Shown in pieces: positions 9,981-18,439 of a DNA stretch of 64,000 nt. Under the pieces are notes generated by a model. It was not told the origin of the DNA and did no database searches. It was given only the letters and a program-made list of their open reading frames with translations. The DNA comes from a virus. Position 1 is the stretch's first letter. Every line of letters begins with the position of its first letter. Location of the stretch: positions 1-64,000 of IMG/VR virus record IMGVR_UViG_3300021168_000001. One strand, 5' to 3'. Both the position numbers and the translations under genes were made by a program.

Positions 9981-10129
9981 TCTCTGATGTAACGGAGCAG
10001 GAAGTGGCGGACCTGATAGCCGCCTACAAACTCGAACTCAAAAAGGAGACCATGGCCAGTCCATCAGTGCGTCGCATGTGGCAGATTGTAGTGCTGGCTT
10101 TGGAGAAACTTAAGAAGGATATGCGATGA
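9977..10129 (+). CDS. small hypothetical protein (50 aa, below the ORF-track cutoff)
   Basis: ATGA overlaps at both ends; MISDVTEQEVADLIAAY...KKDMR. Confidence 0.55.
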   Translation: MISDVTEQEVADLIAAYKLELKKETMASPSVRRMWQIVVLALEKLKKDMR

Positions 10130-10482
10130 GTGACAAGCCGATTGTCAGCGATTTGCAGGCGAGGTATTCGACGCTTATGTCTTGGCTGGATGATGTTACA
10201 CTTCGCCCAAGAATGTCTCCAGTATTGAAGGGTTTAACTGAGGATGGCGTCCGTCTAATCGAGCGCACTTCCGCCGCCGAAGCCAAACTCGCCGCTCTCC
10301 AGGCCATCGTCGACGAGCAGGCTGAAGACCACTCGTTATGGTTCACTCTTGACAACCCGCTAGAAAGCCCTCAATTGCAGCGGGCGCTCCGGCGCCTGCA
10401 CGCGGCCATCGAAGGCAAGACTCCAGACCAATGCGCTCTGGAGGCTCTGGACAGAATCGCGAAACACAGAGGTTCCCAATGA
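10126..10482 (+). CDS. hypothetical protein
   Basis: AAGGA RBS; overlapping start and stop. Confidence 0.6.
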   Translation: MSDKPIVSDLQARYSTLMSWLDDVTLRPRMSPVLKGLTEDGVRLIERTSAAEAKLAALQAIVDEQAEDHSLWFTLDNPLESPQLQRALRRLHAAIEGKTPDQCALEALDRIAKHRGSQ

Positions 10483-10799
10483 AGCGCTCCCCACTCAAGA
10501 GGTTCACTCCGCTGCGCCATCGGCGCTCCAAACCACGCCGAGGCGAGCCGACGCCCGAACATAAGGGCTCGGTTCGCCGGCGCGTCTACGCTCGTTCCGG
10601 AGGCCGCTGCGAGTTGAGATTCAAGGGCATTTGCCTCGGCGACGTCATACTGCCATTCGACGGTGGTCTATACGAACGCGGCCACCTCGCCCATCTCAAA
10701 TCACGCGGCGCCGGAGGCGAATTCACTGAAGCCAACACACGCTGGTCGTGCTGGAGATGCCACCTCATTGGTATGCACCAGAAAGGATTGAAGCCATGA
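10479..10799 (+). CDS. small HNH-like nuclease
   Basis: MKRSPLKR..PLR, RSGGRCE..C, HLAHLKSRGAGG..N..CWRCH. Confidence 0.7.
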   Translation: MKRSPLKRFTPLRHRRSKPRRGEPTPEHKGSVRRRVYARSGGRCELRFKGICLGDVILPFDGGLYERGHLAHLKSRGAGGEFTEANTRWSCWRCHLIGMHQKGLKP

Positions 10800-11449
10800 A
10801 GCACAAATGGAAAGGCCAGCAATTAGGCGGCAGCCCGGTCGAAGAAACCTCGACGGAGTGGATCTGCTACTGCGATAACTGCGGAACCGAAAGGAACGAC
10901 GACAACAAAGACGAGGTGTGCATCCCGGTTAGCTGGTCTGATTTCAGGCGCGCGGTTCAACTCCAGGATCCTGCACAAGTACAGCGCGCCGCCACTCTTC
11001 TCAGATCAAACAAGACCATGTTCCTTCATGCATACCGCGAAGAACCGATTGTTTATAGATCGATTCAGGTAGCTCTCGATAATGGCCTGCGCGAAGAGGA
11101 TGCGTGGCTTCTGGCTGTGATCGGGTTGCTAGAAGAAAATCGAAAACTGTTTCAAAACGCGCAAACTCTAACAATGTTGGCGCCTCCGCCAATCTACGCA
11201 CCAGAGCGACGTCCTATTCAATGGAACGAAGAGGCGGCATCCATCCCGTTGCTTACGGAAGAGCACTATTTAACCGATGATGCTATCCTTCCGTCCCTTA
11301 CTCTGCCCAATCCATGCGAGATCCGTATAGCGATCACAGCTAGCCATGTGAGCCTGGCCATCGGACAGCGCGACTTTAGTTGGAAGCGCGGCTGCCCCGA
11401 TCTCTCAGGCGCAGGAACATTTCTCGATTCTGCGGAGCCAGATAGATGA
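10796..11449 (+). CDS. hypothetical protein
   Basis: ATGA overlaps; N-terminal CDNC. Confidence 0.55.
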   Translation: MKHKWKGQQLGGSPVEETSTEWICYCDNCGTERNDDNKDEVCIPVSWSDFRRAVQLQDPAQVQRAATLLRSNKTMFLHAYREEPIVYRSIQVALDNGLREEDAWLLAVIGLLEENRKLFQNAQTLTMLAPPPIYAPERRPIQWNEEAASIPLLTEEHYLTDDAILPSLTLPNPCEIRIAITASHVSLAIGQRDFSWKRGCPDLSGAGTFLDSAEPDR

Positions 11450-13770
11450 GCTGCGACGTTATCATCGGTGACGCTATCGAGAAGCTGCGCACGCTGCCGC
11501 CCGAGTCCGTTCACTGCGTCGTTACGTCTCCTCCCTATTTTGGTTTGAGGGACTACGACATAGACGGACAGATCGGACTCGAGCCGACTATCGCGGAATA
11601 CCTTCGCAAACTGGTCGACGTGTTCCGCGAGATCCGCCGTGTGCTGCGCAGCGACGGAGTCCTTTTTGTTAACATGGGCGATACTTACAACGGTCAGAAC
11701 GAACGGGCCCCAAGCGTCCTGCCAAACGGCCAGTACAGCTTCCGGTCAGGAAGCGGACCCAAGGTACGCGTGGCCGGCCTAAAAGCCAAGGACCTCATCG
11801 GCATGCCCTGGCGCCTCGCGCTAGCCTTGCAGGACGATGGCTGGTACCTCCGCCAAGACATCATATGGTGTCTTTCAGGAGGGACATACGTCTACGCTCG
11901 CACGCAAAATGGCGATATGCCCATAATGGTCCGTGATCTAGCTCGGCTCAAGCCGAGCACGGTCCAGCTGTGGAACGGCCAGAAGTGGACTCGCTTACTC
12001 GGAACTTCCAAGTCGAAGCGTCGCGGTACGGAGTTGGAAATAGTCCTCCGTTCAGGCGAACGCATCTCCTGCACTCCGACTCACAGATTCCCGACTACGC
12101 GCGGGCTTTTGGAGGCACAAGAAATCCGAGCAGGCGACTGTCTAACCTCGTGTCGACTGCCACAACCCAATAATCCCAAAACCAGTGTGATCGATGAGGA
12201 TGCTGCATGGCTTGCAGGTCTCTACGTGGCCGAGGGTTCAATGTCCGGAGACACGATCCAGATAGCAGGACACGCTAGGGAGATTTCGCGGTGGATACGT
12301 CTCGGCTCGATCGCGGCTAAATATGGCGGCGCATGCACTCATTCGATCAAGGGCAACACAATGAACATTCGCCTCTACGGTAAAGTCTTGGTTGCCATCA
12401 TTCGGGAGTTAGTCACCGGGCGCACGGCGCGGGACAAGGGCTTTGCTCCTGTCGTATGGAGGCACTCCGATTCTTTTGTCAGTTCGATGTTGAATGGATA
12501 TTTGTCGGGCGATGGTGCCTATAGCGAAGAGAGGTGGCGTCTCGGATTCACGAGGAATTACAACCTGGAACGGGATCTCCGCACTGCCTGCGCTCGACTC
12601 GGCTACACCATCACTCTCAATCCATCCTCAGTCCTCTACAAAGGGAAGAAGCGTCCCACGTTCAGAGGAGAAATTCGATTCGAGCGAAGCGGCCATCACA
12701 ACGAAAAGGATCGCAACGAAGTAATCGAAGTTCGGAAGGCGCGGTGTCGAGAAGTCTACGACCTCGAGGTAGAGGATGAACCGCATGTCTTCGCGCTCGC
12801 GTCTGGCGTGCTCACTCATAACTCAAAGAAAAATCCGATGCCTGAGAGCGTTCGCGACCGCTGCACCAAGTCCCACGAATATATCTTTCTGCTCTCAAAG
12901 TCGGAGGAGTACTTCTTCGACATCGAAGCCATTAAAGAGAAGGCTAGCGGCACGGCTCACACGCGCGGCGGCGGCGTGAACCCAAAGGCCACCAAACATG
13001 GCCAGAACTCACGCATGCGCGTCGACCGCGATCCGCGGCACGCAAAGAAAGACACCGGAGTTGGCTGGGGCCGACTTTCGAAGCTGGATCCAGATAACAA
13101 TCAGAGAGACCGCAATCGCATCATCGGCCGAAGCAGCAAACAAAACCCATCATTTTCTGCTGCCGTGAATGAGCTCGTTACACACCGCAATAAGCGGAGC
13201 GTCTGGACCTTCGCCACATCGCCCTATCGAGAGGCACATTACTCGACCTTTCCTGTCACTCTTCCCGACATCTGCATTCGCGCCGGCACTAGCGAACATG
13301 GGTGCTGCGCTGTCTGCGGACGGCCGTTCGCGCGGCTCATCGAGGCATTCGACACCGGCTTAACTCAGAAGACTGCCAACGGCTGGGATATCGAGGAAAG
13401 ATCGCACGGATCGTCCCATCGCGATGGAAGAGACGGAAGAACAACAGAACGTCCGATCATTGCAACTCGCACTATCGGATGGGAATCGGACTGCTGCCCT
13501 CTCTTCGGTGGAACTGTGATCCCTTGCGTCGTCCTCGATCCTTTTGGCGGATCAGGAACCACTGGCCTGGCCGCCACGAAGCTGGGACGCAACTGCATTC
13601 TCATCGACTTAGACCCTAAGAACATTCCTTTGATCGAGAAACGACTTCGCTCTGCCGTCCCTGGAACACCCAAGCCTCGCCAGAGGAAGCTTGGCGCAAA
13701 AGAGCCAGTCGACTCTACATCATTGGTAACCAAATGCGGTGACCGTGGACACACCGTCGCGCGGATTTGA
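11446..13770 (+). CDS. DNA amino-methyltransferase (N4C/N6A, beta class) containing an intein
   Basis: VTSPPY near the N-terminus, NMGD, KDLIGMPWRLA, HEYIF, HYSTFP, VLDPFGGSGTT near the C-terminus. Confidence 0.92.
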   Translation: MSCDVIIGDAIEKLRTLPPESVHCVVTSPPYFGLRDYDIDGQIGLEPTIAEYLRKLVDVFREIRRVLRSDGVLFVNMGDTYNGQNERAPSVLPNGQYSFRSGSGPKVRVAGLKAKDLIGMPWRLALALQDDGWYLRQDIIWCLSGGTYVYARTQNGDMPIMVRDLARLKPSTVQLWNGQKWTRLLGTSKSKRRGTELEIVLRSGERISCTPTHRFPTTRGLLEAQEIRAGDCLTSCRLPQPNNPKTSVIDEDAAWLAGLYVAEGSMSGDTIQIAGHAREISRWIRLGSIAAKYGGACTHSIKGNTMNIRLYGKVLVAIIRELVTGRTARDKGFAPVVWRHSDSFVSSMLNGYLSGDGAYSEERWRLGFTRNYNLERDLRTACARLGYTITLNPSSVLYKGKKRPTFRGEIRFERSGHHNEKDRNEVIEVRKARCREVYDLEVEDEPHVFALASGVLTHNSKKNPMPESVRDRCTKSHEYIFLLSKSEEYFFDIEAIKEKASGTAHTRGGGVNPKATKHGQNSRMRVDRDPRHAKKDTGVGWGRLSKLDPDNNQRDRNRIIGRSSKQNPSFSAAVNELVTHRNKRSVWTFATSPYREAHYSTFPVTLPDICIRAGTSEHGCCAVCGRPFARLIEAFDTGLTQKTANGWDIEERSHGSSHRDGRDGRTTERPIIATRTIGWESDCCPLFGGTVIPCVVLDPFGGSGTTGLAATKLGRNCILIDLDPKNIPLIEKRLRSAVPGTPKPRQRKLGAKEPVDSTSLVTKCGDRGHTVARI
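11869..12822 (+). mobile_element. intein with LAGLIDADG homing endonuclease (318 aa)
   Basis: Starts CLSGGT, block B CTPTHRF, WLAGLYVAEGS and LNGYLSGDG, VYDLEV, ends LTHN followed by Ser; excision restores DIIW-SKKNPMPESVRDR. Confidence 0.92.
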
Positions 13771-13816
13771 TGTCACAATAAAGCAAGACTTCACAATATC
13801 TAAAGGGGCCCCCACT

Positions 13817-14035
13817 ATGGAAATTCCTATTCATGATCCGTGGTTTTGCGTTTTCGTTGCTTGGGATATTTTTGGCGCGATCGTTTCTGGCATGCCTGAA
13901 CCAGAACCAGAATCAAGCTTCGGATATATTTGGCTTTACAGGACTTGTCACATTTTGAGTTCTAAAGGAACTGCGTATTTCATTCACCGGAACAAGTGGA
14001 AGCACATCAGCGGCGCTTCTGCATGCGAACCCTAA
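13817..14035 (+). CDS. small hydrophobic hypothetical protein
   Basis: AAGGGG RBS, 72 aa, AT-richer than its flanks. Confidence 0.55.
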   Translation: MEIPIHDPWFCVFVAWDIFGAIVSGMPEPEPESSFGYIWLYRTCHILSSKGTAYFIHRNKWKHISGASACEP

Positions 14036-14042
14036 AAACTCG

Positions 14043-14082
14043 AAAGAGCCCGGCCAGCATTTTCGCTGAACCGGGCTCTTTT
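14043..14082. terminator. bidirectional intrinsic terminator between the converging arms
   Basis: AAAGAGCCCGG...CCGGGCTCTTT inverted repeat with A/T tails. Confidence 0.8.
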
Positions 14083-14124
14083 CTTGTACACTGCCTGCTT
14101 TTGAGGAGTATATCCTCTTTGCGT

Positions 14125-14961
14125 TTACTTCGCGATCGCAGTCACGTTGAGGTGAACTTTGAACTGCCCAAGGTCCGCTTCCAGCTGCGCGAGATCAAGG
14201 AGCGATGGAGACAGCCCATTGGCCTCGATCCAGTCCTGAGAAAGAACCACGAAAGCTTCATCAACGTAATCGGCGAAGAAGTTGTGGCTCGCCTTCAAGA
14301 CACTTCCCCAGGTGAGGCAGGTTTTCGTTATCGGGCTGCTTGCCACGAACGGGATACAATGCCCTCCCCAGCCCCCTGGTTGCCCGGCGCTTCCATAGAT
14401 CCCGCCATCTGGAACCGTCCAATCGTTGGCGCCCTGGCAACTGACCGGAAGGGCCACACCGGTATACAGGTTGCCGAAGATGTCGATCGCATCTTGCACT
14501 TCATCGGCATTGGTCCAGTCCACCGCCATGTACGCAAGGATTTTATGTCCTCCGACTCCGGTCGACTGCCAGTAGTTGAGGAACTGCAGCATGTCCGTGC
14601 CGTTGTCGGTGTTCGGATCTCCAGGAACGTATCCGCCTACGTCCTCATAGGCCTTCAGGATGTCGGCGTCGGCTGGCAGGACTGGCTTGCCAGCATAGAA
14701 ACTCCATTGCTGGATCATATGACCTGCCGCGGCCTCAACACAGCAGCCCAGTTGATCGTTCAAATACATTGGCAGCGCCTGTGCTTCAGCTAATTTCGTG
14801 ATCCACGAAACCTCTGCCGGTGGCGACGTTGGCAGGTTGGGTATCGGCTTACCAAGAGGGCGCAGCCTGTACTTGCCAAATTGAAGGATGGTGGAGTCTT
14901 GCCGGCGATCGAGAACCACCGGCTTTTTCCCCAACTTTGCTAGCGTGCCATTCACAAACAT
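14125..14961 (-). CDS. papain-like (C1-type) cysteine peptidase
   Basis: MYLNDQLGCC..A..GH, GGHCI, TWG. Confidence 0.7.
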   Translation of the reverse strand: MFVNGTLAKLGKKPVVLDRRQDSTILQFGKYRLRPLGKPIPNLPTSPPAEVSWITKLAEAQALPMYLNDQLGCCVEAAAGHMIQQWSFYAGKPVLPADADILKAYEDVGGYVPGDPNTDNGTDMLQFLNYWQSTGVGGHKILAYMAVDWTNADEVQDAIDIFGNLYTGVALPVSCQGANDWTVPDGGIYGSAGQPGGWGGHCIPFVASSPITKTCLTWGSVLKASHNFFADYVDEAFVVLSQDWIEANGLSPSLLDLAQLEADLGQFKVHLNVTAIAK

Positions 14962-15740
14962 TGTCCTTGTTCTCCTCTGTCCTGGTGATTAGTCGCGCCT
15001 TTTCGCATGTTGTCGAGCGCCCACAGCGGTTGAAGGTTACTGTAGTGAAAGCACTGCCTCTGCTGCTGAGCGTCAAGTATGTCGAAAAACGCGCATGGTT
15101 TCTTGTGGTCGACATGCCACTGCCCGTAATTAGACCATGACATTCCTGGCTTAAACTGACTTTCTAGATGAGCTACCAAATCAGCCGTCGTGCAACCGGC
15201 AATCCTCTTGATCGCAAGACTATGGATTGATCTATGCATTAAAGCCTGATGCAATCTGGTACGAAGAATCGTTAACATTCTAAATCTTTCGTCTGTATGG
15301 TAATTCCTCCGATTTCGAGTCGCTGTCTTTTCCTTTCCCCGTTCGCGTGATCTATTCTTTCGATCTTTCGCTGCTCGAACATATGCGCATGACGCGCAGA
15401 TGGCATTAGGTTTGGACGTCATTTTAACTTTACACACGCAGCATGCTATGCGAATCCGATGACGAGTCGAATATGTGCAGTTCCAGCAAATCTTTGTAAC
15501 TCTATTTTTGGTTTCCTTACTGCACTTTATGCAGTGCGGTCTCTTAACCCCAAAACCCTCTTTGTTATATGTCGCCTTATCAATCAATCCCTTTTCTTTT
15601 AAATAGTATGAGGCGCGGTAGGCCTTTACGGCAGCGCGATTAGCGGCCTTCCATTGTTTGGAAACCGCTAATCTGTGATCGCGCTGCTCGGGCGTTTCTC
15701 GCTCAGCTCGCCATTTTCTCGTTTCTCCCGCCGTATTCAT
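14952..15740 (-). CDS. HNH-type homing endonuclease
   Basis: CxxC pairs; HLESQFKPGMSWSNYGQWHVDHKKPC..CFHYSNLQPLW..N..KG; lower GC. Confidence 0.8.
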   Translation of the reverse strand: MNTAGETRKWRAERETPEQRDHRLAVSKQWKAANRAAVKAYRASYYLKEKGLIDKATYNKEGFGVKRPHCIKCSKETKNRVTKICWNCTYSTRHRIRIACCVCKVKMTSKPNAICASCAYVRAAKDRKNRSRERGKEKTATRNRRNYHTDERFRMLTILRTRLHQALMHRSIHSLAIKRIAGCTTADLVAHLESQFKPGMSWSNYGQWHVDHKKPCAFFDILDAQQQRQCFHYSNLQPLWALDNMRKGATNHQDRGEQGQCL

Positions 15741-16864
15741 ATCATTAGCTTCTCATGCGGCGCTACGATATTGGGGTCGTCCTCTCCGCGGGAAATAAAG
15801 TACCGACGTAGATCGTCGCGCAACTCCCATTTCTCGGGATCGAACTGCCAGATGCCCTGATAGTCAGGATGCAGATCGCGATAAGGATCGAACTTATTCT
15901 TGGCTAGGATTACGTCGCGGGAGCTGTAGCCACGACGAGTCTTCGATCCGTGAAACATGTGCATGGCCATCGCGTCGACATATCCCACGTTCCGCTTGAT
16001 CCGCTTTGCCTTTTCGCCCCACGCCAGAACATAGTCTTTATAGGCCGGAGCATATTTCTGCGAGTGAATATCAGGCGGCTCCTGGCCGACAAGCTGGTAG
16101 GCCATGTACCAATCTCCATGTCCAAGGATGCAGCGGTCGAGCATGCCGCCGACAGCTTCATAAGCAGAACGCCGAAAAGCATATGCGCCTCCGGTTGCGC
16201 CGACACCCCGTAGAAACTCTCCTTCGATGTGCGAAGGCTCGCCTGGCAACATCGCTTCCTCGTAGTGATGGTGATGATGGTGATGATGGTGGTGCTTGTT
16301 GAACTTGCCATCCGGACCGACGATTCCGTTGTGGTACTCTTTCGAGACCCGGTATCCGTTGTTTATGTAATTGAACAAAAAGGAGCTATTCACCCTGTAA
16401 GGCGCGTTCGCCTGTCCATATACCCCACCAGTCACATCAAGGTAGCTTGAGAATGGCTGCAGCCAATCGTAATGCTGAAGCTGATGGATCGTTTCGAGAG
16501 CCCACCCGACCGTCACGATGTGAAAATCCGCATCGCACGTCATCCCGTATTTCCAGTTTGGCGGAAACAACCGTTGGACAATAACGGACTGGATATTTTC
16601 CTTGAAAAAGCCTTCATGCGTAGTGCGCAGCTGCAGATCAAGCGGATTGTCCGGCGAGGTCACTTCCCAGGGGCGATCACCAAAAGCCAATTCGCCGACA
16701 TACAACTGCACATTCGCCTGGTGAGCCAGGTGATCGCGCAGTTTGTTCATAGTTTCGCGGCGCGTCCTCCAGCGGAATGGGTTGGTATACGCCACAGCAA
16801 CATGCAATAGAGCGTCGTTTGACCATTGCTGCCAAGGCAGGTGGACGTCTGGATGACGATTCAT
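15737..16864 (-). CDS. GT-A-fold glycosyltransferase-like protein with a His10 tract
   Basis: NP..W..R, ELAFG, LQLRT, KEN, CDAD (DxD), GGAYAFRR, GHGD, HMFHG; start corrected to MNRHPD at 16864. Confidence 0.6.
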   Translation of the reverse strand: MNRHPDVHLPWQQWSNDALLHVAVAYTNPFRWRTRRETMNKLRDHLAHQANVQLYVGELAFGDRPWEVTSPDNPLDLQLRTTHEGFFKENIQSVIVQRLFPPNWKYGMTCDADFHIVTVGWALETIHQLQHYDWLQPFSSYLDVTGGVYGQANAPYRVNSSFLFNYINNGYRVSKEYHNGIVGPDGKFNKHHHHHHHHHHYEEAMLPGEPSHIEGEFLRGVGATGGAYAFRRSAYEAVGGMLDRCILGHGDWYMAYQLVGQEPPDIHSQKYAPAYKDYVLAWGEKAKRIKRNVGYVDAMAMHMFHGSKTRRGYSSRDVILAKNKFDPYRDLHPDYQGIWQFDPEKWELRDDLRRYFISRGEDDPNIVAPHEKLMI

Positions 16865-16943
16865 TGTTTGTCCCCGGAACCTTTCGGAAATGATGCTTGA
16901 GGAGAGTATAAGCCCAAGAATGGAATTATTCGGTTGCAGACAC

Positions 16944-16979
16944 AAAAAAACTCCCGAGCACCGCGAAGGCACCCGGGAG
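16944..16979 (-). terminator. intrinsic terminator
   Basis: - strand CTCCCGGGTGCC..GGTGCTCGGGAG followed by T7, just after the lipoprotein stop. Confidence 0.8.
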
Positions 16980-17015
16980 AATCTGCACCTACAACCTGTG
17001 AAGCCAACTATACCA

Positions 17016-17693
17016 TCAGGCAGCTTCGAGCCGCGGAATACCTGCGAGGATCGCATCGGCCTTTTCGTCCCCGGTCGGTGCGCTGATAATTTCGTTGATC
17101 TTTGCGGCATAGTGCTTCGCATCGAGCGGATGCTGTTCGGTCGGGATCGCCGCCAGCATTGCACGCGCCTCGCCGGCGCCGTTCGTCTCGAGAGAAGTCA
17201 AAGCGGGCAGCACATTCGCCCAGGCCTCGAGCTGCGATAGCACAACCTGTGCGAGATTCTGGATAATGCCAGCCAAGGGAGCGGGAACGCCAATATCACC
17301 GAGCAGCTGCTGCATGGTATCGGTGGCAGCCTTGATCGCCTCTTCGATTTTTCCAAGCAATGTCGTACTCGGATTTGCCTGGTACTCGGCCACCATCGCC
17401 TGGATGTCTTTGATGGCGGCCATGCCCTTGGTAGCAATTTCGGCAATCAACTGAGCTGCCGCTGCCAATGCGGGATCGCCTCCGAGCGCAGCCGCGATAG
17501 CAGTGAGGATAGTTCCAAGGGTTGCCGAGACCAACGGAATCGTTGCCTCGATCGCGTTAAGCCAACCAGGAAGGCCGGCACACCCGGTAGCCATCATGCA
17601 CCCCGCGAAGAGCAGCAAGAGCAGGCCGGACATTTGAATGGCGCGCCGATACGGATAGGCTCGCCGTGCGAGAAGCATGAGGTACAGTTTCAT
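17016..17693 (-). CDS. putative lipoprotein (alpha-helical; spanin-like or envelope accessory)
   Basis: Basic N-terminus, hydrophobic core, lipobox-like FAGC/ATGC; AAGGAG RBS. Confidence 0.6.
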   Translation of the reverse strand: MKLYLMLLARRAYPYRRAIQMSGLLLLLFAGCMMATGCAGLPGWLNAIEATIPLVSATLGTILTAIAAALGGDPALAAAAQLIAEIATKGMAAIKDIQAMVAEYQANPSTTLLGKIEEAIKAATDTMQQLLGDIGVPAPLAGIIQNLAQVVLSQLEAWANVLPALTSLETNGAGEARAMLAAIPTEQHPLDAKHYAAKINEIISAPTGDEKADAILAGIPRLEAA

Positions 17694-17746
17694 TGTTCCA
17701 ATCTCCTTCGGGATGATTCTACTTCGGATTCGGCGGTGGCGCCTGA

Positions 17747-18073
17747 TTATTTTGCTCCCGGTGCCGGACTCCCGCCAGATTTAGACATCGTGCTAACAGT
17801 GCCATGGATACCGGCCGCCGATAGACTGACCGTAATCAATGTGATCAGGGTGTTCGCCGTGTAAAGCTGATCGGCCGGAATTGTAACCAACAACCCGCAG
17901 GCGCTGAAGATTATATTCACCGCCACCGCAACCCATCCAGACAAGATGTTGGAAAGTCCAGGAACCTTCTTCAGTCCCTGAAGAATCACGTAAACGGCTC
18001 CGACAACCGCCAGCACTTTGGCTGCGGGCGGGATTGTCACGGCAAAGAACAACAGCAGCAACGCGAAAATCAT
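17747..18073 (-). CDS. holin-like membrane protein
   Basis: GAGGAAG RBS; 3-4 hydrophobic segments, ILQGLKK, AAGIH; start corrected to 18073. Confidence 0.6.
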   Translation of the reverse strand: MIFALLLLFFAVTIPPAAKVLAVVGAVYVILQGLKKVPGLSNILSGWVAVAVNIIFSACGLLVTIPADQLYTANTLITLITVSLSAAGIHGTVSTMSKSGGSPAPGAK

Positions 18074-18119
18074 TTCTTCCTCCTCTTTCGATTCTTCTGG
18101 TTTCCTGGACCCTCTTCCA

Positions 18120-18359
18120 TCAGGCCAGGTATCGTACGAAAAGCGCGCTCCCATTTGGAGGAGCGACGATGAAGACAATCGTTCTTCCAGTCCGGTTATA
18201 GTCGATGCCAGGAGTCTGAAATACACCATTTAGGTATACGACAACACTTCCTGGAATCGGTCCTTTAGAGATAGAGAATGATTGCTGAACCCCGTCGACA
18301 CCTGTTGGTGTTTCTTCCCTGCAAAAAATTGGGGCATACCAATTACCGGTTAGCGACAT
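18120..18359 (-). CDS. standalone small beta module (VYLNG..Q..G.DY)
   Basis: GAGG RBS; aligns with modules in three structural ORFs. Confidence 0.7.
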   Translation of the reverse strand: MSLTGNWYAPIFCREETPTGVDGVQQSFSISKGPIPGSVVVYLNGVFQTPGIDYNRTGRTIVFIVAPPNGSALFVRYLA

Positions 18360-18439
18360 GGTTTGTACCTCTCTCTCATTTGATAGATTGCAGGAATATA
18401 CAGCAGGGCGAAGGCAATGACCGTTAACATCTCAATTGC

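Noticed and set aside
16265-16294. His10 as an engineered tag or vector contamination
   Set aside because: It is internal to the ORF, with no linker, protease site or vector sequence nearby
17718-17760. Alternative-frame tail (NNQAPPPNPK) after the holin-like stop, as a programmed frameshift
   Set aside because: There is only an A4 run and no slippery heptamer; more likely a neutral 1-nt indel or chance
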